Shown here: piece after piece, positions 12,401 through 23,394 of the stretch | Layout: each line of letters starts with the position of its first letter | Numbering within the stretch: the first letter of the stretch is position 1 | Assembly: GCA_012295275.1 (NCBI GenBank) | Contig: CM022670.1 | Coordinates: 19,158,001-19,222,000 of the forward strand | DNA length: 64,000 nt | DNA from: Chrysomallon squamiferum | Lineage: Eukaryota > Animalia > Mollusca | Direction: 5' to 3' | The notes under the pieces: model-generated | Told to the model about the DNA's origin: nothing | Database searches by the model: none | Seen by the model: the letters and a program-made list of their open reading frames with translations, nothing else | Program-made: the position numbers and the translations under genes

Positions 12401-15400
12401 AGCTTTTCTTGTATTTAAATAAGCTTTTTAAACATTTGAATTTAATATAGATTAATTTGCTAAAGTTTCAAAATTTAATATGACATAACTTTGGTGATCA
12501 AAATCAGTTTGTGTTTCACATTGAAGACTGAATTACACTGTAAATTCAACTATTGCTATGTGTTCCATGGTTTCAGGTTATCATTTTTTGTTTATCTTTA
12601 ATTCTTGAATTTTGTTTTTAAATACTACTATGTTAATGTATTAAACTATTAACAGTCAGTAATTCTTATTGTTTAGATGGAATTGATGTGGATATGAACA
12701 ATGTGTTAGATGACCCAGGTCCAGCACCCGTCAGCAATGAATGGTGGGCTGAGTTTGTCAAACTTGAAGATGCACACAAAGTTGAATTGAGTGGCAAGCT
12801 GACATTGCTGTTTGAAATTCTTAAACTTTCTGAAGAGATAGGTGACAAGGTGTAAGTAATTATGGAAACTTTTTCAAATTTCACCAGTTACAGTTATTCT
12901 GAATATTTATTAGGCATAAGACAATGATTTATTTGAAAATCTAAATTTTATTTTTTATATATATATATTATAGCTGTTGCCAACATTTTATTGTTCCGAG
13001 TGAAACAGTCTGATAAGAACTTTTAAGTCAAAGCTCATTCTTCTTTCAGTAAATTTATAAATTGTTTATTCTTTATTCCATTGTATAAACTGTCATGCTC
13101 CTTTTCTTTGTTTTTTATAGGTTAGTTTTCAGTCAGAGTTTGTTATCGTTAAACATAATAGAAGATTTCTTGGAGGAAGTGGACAGGAAGAATCAGGAGG
13201 AGGCTGAAGTGAAAAGATTAGAGAAGAAGAAAAGGTTGGAAGAAAAAAAGAAGAAAGCAGAAGAAAAGAAAATGGAAAGTGATGAAAATGAGGGAGAGAA
13301 AAATGATGGAGAGAAAAATGATGAGGAAAAATTGTCAGATGATGAAGATGACAAGGTAAATAACTAATTTTTTTAATTTAAGTGTACTTTTCTGTGGATA
13401 TAGGATTTCAGAAAAGGAATGTACAGTGCTAAATGTATTCCAGTGCTGCATTATTACTCTAATTACATACTATTTCATTGTTTTTGAGTTGAAACTACAA
13501 TGCTAATTTGACTTCTCATTTAAAAAACCAAATGTTCAAATACAATGATTAAAAAAATTAAAATATGGTCTTTTTAAAATTAACATAATGAAAACTACAA
13601 AATCTTTAAGATAAGTTCACTACAAATATTTGATTTGCTAATAATTAAAACTTTTTTTTCTTCTTCTTCTTCTAGACTGAAGAAGTGTTTGGCAAGAGCT
13701 GGACTAAAGGGGCTGACTACTTCCGAATGGATGGTTCTACAAGTGTTCAGCTAAGAAGTGCATGGTCAGCTCATTTTAATGACCCTGAAAATTACCGGTA
13801 TGTCATTAGTTTTATTTTTTTTAAATTATTTTATAAATTTATTTAGACTTTATTATTTTCCCCAAGTATATTACCAAACAGTTATAAAACATATAAAAAT
13901 AAATGTGTAGGAAAGGCTTAAAAAAGAATAATTTCAAATGTTTTTAGGTTTTTTATTAATAATGCACTTTTTGAAAGACATTTTTATTTTTTATTATTAT
14001 TATTTTTATTTGTTTCCCCAAGATAATGTACAGGTGCCATACAATCAGAAACTGTTATTGTTTGAACTGTTTTTTGTTTTTTTTCAGAGCACGACTGTTC
14101 TTGATTTCAACACGTGCTGGAAGTTTAGGAATTAATTTGGTGGCAGCTAACAGAGTCATCATCTTTGATGCATCATGGAACCCTTCTCATGACATTCAGT
14201 CAATATTCCGAGTTTACCGATTTGGACAAACAAAGCCTTGCTACATATACCGATTACTGGCACAGGTACTCAGATTTTTTCATTTCATTTTAAGATGGAT
14301 AATGTGAAAATAATAAAATAATAATAGACAATAAAATTATTAATATGCATCTTGAGCTATTAATAGCTTCTGAATAATTGTTATTTAAAGCTACATTATG
14401 AACTTGTGTTCAGATCACAAAAGTGTGTTGCAGTGTCAGACATTTGTTTGGACATTCTCTGACACTGATAATTTTTAACTGAATTTGCAAAGGTTTTTTT
14501 TTTTTAAATTTTAAATTTTTTAATTTTTAATTTTTTTTTTTAAATTAATTTTTAGGGAACAATGGAAGAAAAGATCTATGAAAGACAGGTTACAAAACAG
14601 TCTCTGGCTCAGCGGGTGGTTGATGAACATCAAATAGATCGTCACTTCACTGCTGCTGATCTCCAGGAATTGTACAACTTTAAACCTGACAGACTGGATG
14701 ATCCTGACAAAAAAGACAGACCAACACTGGCTCTACCACAGGTCAGTAAAAATTAAAAGCTATTTTATGTTTCAGGAGTTACAATTCACATATGAAAAAT
14801 AAAATATTAAAGAATGATGGGGTTTTATTAAATGGTTAAAATGGATTATAGCAACTTTGATCATGGCGGAAAGAGTATTTTCTTGGAGTTGTCAAAACCC
14901 ATTCAACCATTTGTTTGGGTTTTTTGAGTTTGTCTTCTGGGTTTTTTCAGTTGTAAGTGTTATGCATGTACACACTCACACACACACACCATTTTTTTTT
15001 TCTTTCCTTGAAGCATATTTTGCAAGCCGAAGTTCTGAAGTTAATTTTGTAATTGTTACATATATATACTATCTTTCTTTCTTTCCTTTGAAGGATGTTT
15101 TGCTAGCTGAAGTTCTGAAGTCTCAGAAAGATCTTGTGGTTTCCTATCATCAGCATGACTCTCTGCTGGAAAACAAAACAGAACAGGAACTGTCAGAAGA
15201 AGAAAAGAAAGCAGCTTGGGAAGAGTATGAAAATGAGAAAAAAGGAATTTCAAACAGAGGTACCAAAATAACTCTGAAATGGCCTCAAATCATTATTTTT
15301 CTGATAAGTAAAGAATTGAGAAATATCTCCCTGAACAAGTATTTACTTGCTTCACATACTGTGAAAAAATCCATGTAAAATATCAAATTATAATACTACG

Positions 15401-16582
15401 AATGATGACCAGTGATTAGTATTTTACAATTAAGTTATGATAATATTTGGTTTACCAGGTTCCAAACATTACAAAATTATCAAACTTTGATATACACTAA
15501 CAACATCTTATAATTTATATATTTATCTTTGACAGCCAGTGTAGTTTTATTTCACTTTAATAACCTTTCTCTGTGTTTTCAGTTCAGACAGGGTTTCCAA
15601 CAGGAGGAATGGGCATGCTTAGCCCCACCAATCTTATGCAGATTGCACAAATTGTTCGAGCTCAGGTTGGTTATTTGTCACATTTCTCATTATTAGGTAC
15701 ATTAACCCAAAACAGTATTAGAAATAAGCAGATTTCATTTTAGCCTCATTTACTAATAACAGGTAGAATTTCTATAACTAAGCCTGTTTACTCAAACAAT
15801 AACAGGTTTTAAGTAAGTAGTTTAAAATAATATTTTTGTATATTTACGAACACTCAAATGTTTTGAAAATGTTTTTTTATATTTTTTGACTTTTTGGATA
15901 TTATGCTGAAGTGTGATATAAATATATTAAAAGGTCTATTAAGAAAACAGTAAAAAGTTTTTTTTTTTTTTTCTTTCCTCTCTTTCAACAGTATCCAAAT
16001 CTTCCACCAGAAATGTTCCAAGCACAAGTACAGAATATGTTGCAGAGGCAGATTATGATGCAACAGGAAATTCAGAATCGTCAGGTAATTTGACTTCATT
16101 GATTAGTGTGTAATTATTTATCACAGCATGTCAGATTGCATGAATGGCTTATGAAAAAAAAAAAAAAAAAAATTGGAATTGCTATTAACTTTATGGTGAT
16201 GATATGTTATATATGTTTTGATAACCTGTAAAAAATGTGGAATAATGTTTGTACATTTCAGATTGAACAACAAAAGATGATTGAAATGGAACGTCTTCGT
16301 CGAATTCGTGAACAGATAGCACAACAGCAGAACCAGATCAACATGCAGAACAGAATGTCAGCTCAGCAGCACATGATGCCATTCAATGCCAGAAATATTC
16401 AGAACTGGAGAAATCCAATGCAGACATCTAATCAGATGGCTTCTATGATTCAGCAACAGCAGGCATTAAGCATGAAGAATTCCAACAAGGGGAAGAGGAA
16501 TCCTCCAAATGACATGGCCAATGGGAATGCTGGATCTTCAGACTCGAGCAAGAATGTTCCAGAAACAATAGATCTATGTTGA
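290..16582 (+). CDS. ATRX: Transcriptional regulator ATRX (ADD domain + SNF2 helicase), whole gene model, 5' end outside window; 27 coding exons
   Basis: The spliced translation contains the ADD finger ([49 protein letters not shown]) and the SNF2 motifs [75 protein letters not shown], followed by a Q-rich tail. All junctions are GT-AG and phase-consistent except 3556/5146. Confidence 0.97.
747..930 (+). CDS. ATRX: ATRX exon: ADD PHD finger
   Basis: ttttag| [61 protein letters not shown] |gtaaat; missed by the ORF track. Confidence 0.95.
1417..3003 (+). CDS. ATRX: ATRX large exon: end of ADD plus charged low-complexity region
   Basis: ttttag| [14 protein letters not shown]... continuous with ORF 1491..3086; donor aag|gtatat. 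Confidence 0.93.
3303..3556 (+). CDS. ATRX: ATRX exon (K/E/S-rich; contains a possible 1-nt indel)
   Basis: ttctaag| KTKSQRT...[16 protein letters not shown]... |gttggt; open frame and purine-rich. Confidence 0.8.
5146..5273 (+). CDS. ATRX: ATRX exon (acidic; acceptor at 5146 or 5151)
   Basis: [41 protein letters not shown] |gtttgt. Confidence 0.8.
5592..5718 (+). CDS. ATRX: ATRX exon (DAXX-binding-like helix)
   Basis: gttag| [42 protein letters not shown] |gtttgt. Confidence 0.85.
6054..6306 (+). CDS. ATRX: ATRX exon
   Basis: ttacag| [10 protein letters not shown]...[14 protein letters not shown]...SKT |gtaatt; phases fit both neighbours. Confidence 0.85.
6747..7005 (+). CDS. ATRX: ATRX exon
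   Basis: tatcag| [14 protein letters not shown]...[28 protein letters not shown] |gtatgt. Confidence 0.87.
7340..7498 (+). CDS. ATRX: ATRX exon (pre-helicase coiled coil)
   Basis: [53 protein letters not shown] |gtatag. Confidence 0.92.
8387..8540 (+). CDS. ATRX: ATRX exon (Q motif)
   Basis: ...[41 protein letters not shown] |gtatga. Confidence 0.95.
8989..9098 (+). CDS. ATRX: ATRX exon (Walker A)
   Basis: [37 protein letters not shown] |gtgagt. Confidence 0.96.
9386..9526 (+). CDS. ATRX: ATRX exon (motif Ia)
   Basis: [47 protein letters not shown] |gtatga. Confidence 0.95.
9737..9914 (+). CDS. ATRX: ATRX exon
   Basis: VYEMAG...[18 protein letters not shown]...LADP |gtaaaa. Confidence 0.95.
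10399..10536 (+). CDS. ATRX: ATRX exon (Walker B, motif III)
   Basis: [15 protein letters not shown]...[17 protein letters not shown] |gtaagt. Confidence 0.96.
10910..11085 (+). CDS. ATRX: ATRX exon
   Basis: [31 protein letters not shown]...LAGCVQ |gtatgt; consensus branch point TACTAAC at 10891-10897. Confidence 0.95.
11379..11618 (+). CDS. ATRX: ATRX exon
   Basis: [23 protein letters not shown]...KIWTHPWVL...EAK |gtaaag. Confidence 0.95.
11716..11936 (+). CDS. ATRX: ATRX exon (acidic insert in helicase)
   Basis: [23 protein letters not shown]...KRNTR |gtttgt; an in-frame alternative acceptor lies 6 nt downstream. Confidence 0.9.
12261..12334 (+). CDS. ATRX: ATRX exon
   Basis: ttgcag| [24 protein letters not shown] |gtaaga. 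Confidence 0.9.
12677..12851 (+). CDS. ATRX: ATRX exon (start of helicase C lobe)
   Basis: ...[39 protein letters not shown] |gtaagt. Confidence 0.95.
13121..13355 (+). CDS. ATRX: ATRX exon (motif IV plus charged insert)
   Basis: [19 protein letters not shown]...DDEDDK |gtaaat. Confidence 0.93.
13676..13797 (+). CDS. ATRX: ATRX exon
   Basis: [41 protein letters not shown] |gtatgt. Confidence 0.95.
14088..14265 (+). CDS. ATRX: ATRX exon (motifs V/VI)
   Basis: [59 protein letters not shown] |gtactc. Confidence 0.97.
14556..14741 (+). CDS. ATRX: ATRX exon
   Basis: [31 protein letters not shown]...LALPQ |gtcagt. Confidence 0.95.
15094..15259 (+). CDS. ATRX: ATRX exon (conserved HDSLL / AWEEYE box)
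   Basis: DVLLAEVL...[34 protein letters not shown] |gtacca. Confidence 0.94.
15583..15665 (+). CDS. ATRX: ATRX exon
   Basis: ttttcag| [28 protein letters not shown] |gttggt; phases fit. Confidence 0.8.
15992..16084 (+). CDS. ATRX: ATRX exon (Q-rich)
   Basis: caacag| [31 protein letters not shown] |gtaatt. Confidence 0.85.
16262..16582 (+). CDS. ATRX: ATRX last coding exon (Q-rich tail, stop TGA)
   Basis: tttcag| [14 protein letters not shown]...VPETIDLC*. Confidence 0.88.
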   Translation: MEQQKMIEMERLRRIREQIAQQQNQINMQNRMSAQQHMMPFNARNIQNWRNPMQTSNQMASMIQQQQALSMKNSNKGKRNPPNDMANGNAGSSDSSKNVPETIDLC

Positions 16583-19560
16583 TTTATTCATAGTCTTAGC
16601 TCGTCAGTCATAAGATACGAATGATATGAATGAATTGCTGATTTGGAAATGTTTAAAGGCCAAGCTGTATATATTTCTTTAATTTTGTTTCTCTCTTAAG
16701 TTTTGTTTTCTTCATTATTATTTTTTTATAAATATTTTTTTGTAACAGCATTGACCAGACATTATACTAAAGACAACCTGTGTGTTCATTATTATTTATT
16801 GAGTCATTCTGGTCTTGCAACACAAGGGAAGCAAGCAAGGCTGTTCCATTAGTTTTGTATTTATTTATGATAAATATATTATAGAGAAGCTTTGGAAATG
16901 ATATATGGATGACTAAATTATTAAACAAAAAAATGTGGCTAGCCAAACTGCAGACCTACTATTAAATCATTCAAACAAGATTATAATTTTAAATAGTATT
17001 TTTTCATAACAACTGCCATAGAGGAGTATATATTTAAATGATTTCATCTTTCATAACAACATACTTAATGCAGTTCCCATTAGATTGTAATCAAAAGCAA
17101 ATCTAGTCTTTTTTTTTTTTTTCCACAGAGATTTTTAATGTAAAATAATTCTTAAGATGATTTTTACATAATGAGTTCTTAGAATCCTGAAATGGTATCA
17201 TTTCAGTCATGATGTATGAACATGAAATAGACCTTAGAAAACTTGTACCATCTAAGTTTTAATTTTTAAACATTTTCAGTTGAATATAAATAAAACTATT
17301 TGAAGAACTATTTCATAATCTTTGGTAATTTCTCAATGAACTTCTCAGATTGACTGTTTGGGTTTTTTCCTGGTTTGAGAATATAAGTGAATATTGAGAA
17401 TAAGAATATTAATTTGGAGCAGACATGTCTATGTAAAAAAACCTAATAAAATATAAAAAACCATTTTGTTTTTATGTATGCAGTTTAATTTAATTTTATA
17501 CTTTGGTCTTAAATTGGTTCACTTACAGAATTTACTCACCAAAGAGGTACTAACATTTAGAGTTCTGGAGACAACACTGAGTAATTACCTTTTTATGTAA
17601 AAGCATATTTTCACTATATCTGTATTGCATTTATCTTTAAATATTGATTTTAATAAAAAAAAATAAAAAAATGAATGTGAAATTTATTGAACTGCAATGA
17701 CAGATGTAATTGAAATGCAGAGTCATCCAGAAGCAAGACAAAGATTGTCTCAGAATTTTTCATTGTGTAAATAAATTACATTGAACAGATTAAATATATA
17801 AAGAAAACAAATGTATATTTCTTTTGTGTAAAATATGTTCACATTTTCATTGCATTTAGTGATATAGTGACAATAAACAACTTACTTTTATTTTTAAATG
17901 ACATTTGAAACCACTGGAAAAGTTTGGATGATTTGGGATTTTTTAACTAAATTTTGTTTTCTTTTGCTATAATAGATTTTTGTGTTATTTGAAGCAAGTT
18001 ACTTATTTCCAGTTAAGAGAGATGATAGACAGATAAGCTGCAATTTAAACTTTCAAAAGTGACTGTTATATGTTGGTAAATTCTAAGTCACTTTAAGCAT
18101 TCAAAGCCAAAGAATTTTGTTTGTTGTCTATGTATAAGCTTTGGTGAAACTATTCACTAATATTAATTTTTCAATTTTGAATAATTATTACATGTTCTTT
18201 TCTTTGCTGATATGCTGATTGAGAATCAGATTGGTGCATATTAGATAATAAATGTTCAGAAATCAAAGTATTGCAAAGAAAGACAAAATTTGATTGTGTA
18301 CATTATGTGTCTGCTAGGGGAAAGTATTGGAGGATATGTTTTTGTCAGCAATGCTGAAATCAGAGGTAACTTCATCAGTATATATGCTTTTAAACTGTTG
18401 ATTTAGTAAAATGTATATGTTTGTCATAAATTATTGTATTTTAATTTTTCTTCTAAAAAAAAAAATGAAAAAGGACATTCATAACTGTTGAATTTGGTTC
18501 ATTGTTGTCATGATCTTCCATGTCAGTTTGTATGTCTTCAATGTGATCATTGTATTCACCAATCATTTGTTACAAAACAGACTGTACACTGAAACAGGGT
18601 GGATTAAAAATAAAGTATGTGTATCAGGGTTTTATATATTCAGTCTAGCCAGGTGATTACACCTGATACACACATGATAAATAAAAGTGTGGATAAGTTT
18701 CCCAAACATATTTTTTCATGTTTCATGATGATTTTAAAATGTCTTTTAGATTAAGGAAAATATTTTTGTTAGTCATGTGCGTCAGATTTAATAACATATA
18801 TTTATTTTTACTGTGAAATGTTTTTAAAGTCATGGTAAATTGGTTACATCCTGTATAGCATTGAATTAATATCTCTGAAAGATATTCATGTCTGTCTAAG
18901 CCAGCAAAATTTAATTTTTTCCAGTCCCTAGTGGATCCGGTTTAGACAGTATTAAAATTTTTCTTTTTCACCCAGTTTGAGTGAAAAAGTGTGAATGTTT
19001 TTGTGTTTTACTTGAATGTTTGATCTTTTGGAAATTTCCAGTTTCAATGTATTGCTTAGAAAGTTGGTTTTACATTTGGCAGGTTTTCATATTAATTTAA
19101 ATACAAAAAAAAGTACTAAAATATTTAAGCAACAACAAAAAAAGAACAGTATGTACCTTTACCTTTACATCACATTTAACTGTGTAATTATTAGGTAACT
19201 AACACATTTTGGTTCATTTTGAAAACACGATGAATATAATGTTCACTGATAGCTTAAAAGCAGAATATTGTATTTAAATTTTTAAAAGTTGCCTAAAAGG
19301 ATTTGGTAGTTTTTTTTTTTTTTTTTTTTAAGATTAGACTTGATGATGGCATGTTATTCAGTAATATTTTCTGTAAATTGTTGGTTTTTTTTACTTTTCT
19401 TGTCTTCAACTTTTTTTCTTCTTTTTTTTTTTAAAGTAAAAAGATTAAATCAAGTATAATAAATTAAAAAATAAATATCCAAGATCTTATTTTGTTCATT
19501 TTAGTTTCACAATTGCATCTAATGTGAAATGACAATAAAGAATACAATTTGAAAAAGTTC
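16583..19560 (+). other. Probable ATRX 3'UTR (end uncertain)
   Basis: U-rich sequence after the stop with several AATAAA candidates (about 17651, 17872, 18609, 19534). The distal one is followed by GU/U-rich sequence. Confidence 0.4.
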
Positions 19561-21044
19561 ATTGTTTATTAATTTTGCCACACTGTTTTGGTTTTTGTTT
19601 TTTCACTGAAGGATGTAAAATTCATATCCATTTTTGGCATTATAAACACCTGTACATTATTGTGATTTCATTTAAAATTTTTTTTTTTTTTTTTACTTTA
19701 ATGAAAACTTAAAGCATATTGTTTAGATAATTGGCTAATTGCAGTAATTTAAAAGTATTCATTTACCATCCTAAATATTGAAAACCTGTCATGTAAAAAA
19801 TTTTTTAAAGGAAATAAAAATTTATAAAATCTGGTAATGTGTTGTTTTCAGTGTTTTTACTCAAAAATGTCATAGATAACATAAATCTGAAAACAAAATA
19901 AATAAATAAAAACTGCTTAAAAATAATTAATATTTCAGTTTAAAAAATGTTCCCTTGAAGTATTGTAGAAAGGATAATTATTTGTATTAAATCTGAAATA
20001 AATGTAATTTTAAGATTACACAAATCATTATCCTGGACACATTCATAAATCTGAGATAATCATTTAGAAAAGTAATAATCTATGTAATAAAAATATTTCC
20101 CATGAAAGTTCCACTAACTAAAGTAATTACCTTAATTACAGAAAAAACAATTACTTCATGAACCCATAAACTCAAATTGGATTATCCCATAAATATAGTA
20201 AATGACAAAAACTAATAATAGTAACAAATTCAAAGATTACATCAACAGTTATAAAGAAATAAAATGAAATAGATCAACAACTAAAACAAAAGAATGATTT
20301 ATCAAATAAGTAAATGTTAATTTACTATTTTACTTGTTAATCATGCAAATTGTTTGAATCCATTAATCTTCTCTAATTAAGTGGGTTCTCAGGATATGCA
20401 AGAGATTATCAAAATCTGTCTTTTTCACTAGTTTGTAAACACACCTCAGATTAGCTCTTGACAATCGTGCATTGTTACAAAAAATGTTTAATTCTCTATT
20501 CCATATTAATCCTGATTAACAAATTACGTAAGAACTGCAGCAGTTCTTTGAAGTGGTTATGTCAGGTGTATGAAGATCAGTGGAATAAATATGGTAAAAA
20601 ATATTTTCATTATTAACCAACTACCCCAATGGGAGGTGGTAATGGATTGAAAACAACAAAAAAGTAATAAAGTTCTATTTTGCTGTGGCTAAAATATAAA
20701 AAGGTAAGTGGTTAATAAAGAATTCATGTTCTTTTTCAGTAAAAAAAATAATAATAATAATAAAATAAATAGTTGTACTAGTGAAATGTTTTATTATTTG
20801 TGTTTCTGTTCTCTATTTGACATCTTGGTTTTAATTAAATTTTATTGATTATATGCACTTATTTTTAAAAATTTAAACTATTATATATATATATCAAATA
20901 CACTATTCTGCTGTTGAGTTCTACTACATGTATATTTTTCTAAGACAGACAGAATAAATAATATTTTGCTGTTAAATACAATAATATATTTTATTATTAG
21001 AGAATGTTTTTAACTTTAACTTTTTTATTTTCAGATTATCTGAA

Positions 21045-21099
21045 ATGTTACAAGAAGGAATGTATTTAATGGTTATTTTCCTTATCAGAAATGGTTTAG
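21045..21099 (+). CDS. CUB-TM gene exon: putative signal peptide
   Basis: Acceptor ttttcag at 21034, ATG at 21045, hydrophobic MYLMVIFLI, phase-1 donor tag|gtaaat. Confidence 0.55.
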
Positions 21100-23327
21100 G
21101 TAAATCATTTTCTCTCCTAACAGCTTTGTTATTTTGTACTTTATTGTATAGATATTCCAAATAATAATAGTAATAAAAATAATGATGATGAGGATAGTAA
21201 TAATAATGCTAACAGAAAACAGTAACTCCTAAAATACAAATTAATTTTCACATTTTGCAGATGGGATCAAGATACTAATTAACATAAGGATTAAGGTTTT
21301 TGTCTTATTACTATGTTTTACTGAAACCAGCTATTTCACTGACCTGTGTGAATTATTTTGATGTCTATAACATCTGTGATAAATATCATAGACAATATTA
21401 ACCTACATAACTACAGCCCTAATAAATAAATAATAGAATAAATGAAATAAATCAAGCTTAATCAAATTATATGTACAGTTAAATAAAATAATAAAGTTAA
21501 AACAATAATGATAAATATATAATTTTAAGTTAATAAAATAAAATAATAAAGTTAAATAAATAACATTAAATATATAGCATTAAATTAATAAAATAAAATA
21601 AAATAAATAAATACATAAAATAATTAAATAAATAAAATGAAAAAATACAGCTAAAAATGAAATATTTCTACTACTAATACTAAAATCGATGTGTAAAATA
21701 TCAGAACATTAAAGGCTGATTAATTTACTAAAACTATGCCTATTATTATTTTTATTATATTTTTTAAATTTTGTTTATTTTTAATTTTTTTTCAGGAAAT
21801 GAATGTACTAATTTATCTGAGACTGTATTAGCTACAGAAATTCCTCAAAATGTCACGTCTCCAAATTTTCCAAAGAAATATCCAAGGTATTAATTAAAAT
21901 TAAATTTTATTGTTTGGACATCCAACTTAATGAAAGTTTAATTAAGCTTCATCATTATTATAAGGAGTAAATCTTAGTCTTTTATCATTAATTAACACTA
22001 CTTTGTCTTTTTTCATTCCAAGTTTTATTCTACATCATTTTTGTTTTTTGTTTGTTTGTAAGTGTACTTATTTACAACTAAACAATGCTTATTATAGTTA
22101 AATGACAGAGTTTTTGATTATTTTAATATTTAACATTTATTTATTAATTGTTAAACAGCAAGCATACAAATTAATTAATTAATGGTTAGTTAATTATGTA
22201 TTAACTATTGTTGTTGTGCTACGTTGTTTTTATTTTATTTGTTGAATAAAATAAAATAAAGTGAAGAAAAATAAAATAATAATAAATATGTACATAATAA
22301 AATAAAATACAGAAACATAAATAAATATTTTTGTCTCTTTATTTATTTTTTTATTTTTTTTTTTTTTTCTAACCTAACCCTATGATAATATGAAAACGTG
22401 AATTCAAAAATCAGACAATTAAATAATTTGTTATTATTATTCTTTTTTTTTTTTTTTTTTTTTGTTGTTGTTTTTTAGTAATCATATGATAATATCATGA
22501 ACATTAAAATTAATAAATAAATAAATGTTATTTATTCTCATTTTAGGACAACATCCTGTGTTTGGGTGGTGAAGTCAAAGCAGAAAGATAGCATCATCAA
22601 ATTTAAAATTCTGTCTTTTTCTCTGTTCCTGTCTGCCCACTGCTATGCAGATTATCTGGAAGTCAGAGATGGTATGTTTATTTAATTTTTTTTTTTATTA
22701 ATTTATTATCAACATCATCATACTCATCATTAATGATACCACTACTCAGATTTATTTTATCTTTTATTTATTTAATTATTTCAATTATTTATTTTATTTT
22801 ATTTTATTTAATGTTATTTAATACTTTTATTATTTTCTTAATTTATCTTTATGTATCTATATTTGTTTTATTATTTTATTAATTTTATTTTATGCATTTA
22901 ATTTTGTTTACTTAATTTTATTATTTTATTTATTTTATTTTATTCAACATAATATATAGATTTTATTGTGTAATTAAAACTTAATTTATTTTTATTTATT
23001 TGTTAGTGATACATTTGCATTTTTATTATATTTGTTATTTCCTTTGATTTACATTAATTTCTTTTCACCTTGGTTCAGATCACTTGGGTTTTTTTGTCTT
23101 TTATTTTTTTACAGGGTCATACAGATTACATCCAAAGATCATCAAATGGTGTGGTAATAAACCAGCTAGTAAAATTTACAAGACTACTGAAGGAGAAGCT
23201 CATTTTACATTTCAGGCTGTCTCATTTGGTGATGATGCAAATGGATTTTTCTTGCAGTTCTGGGCTGAACATAGCAGTAAGTAAAATTAAAACATACTCC
23301 AATTTTTAAAAAAATTTTAATCTATTA

Positions 23328-23394
<67 letters not shown>

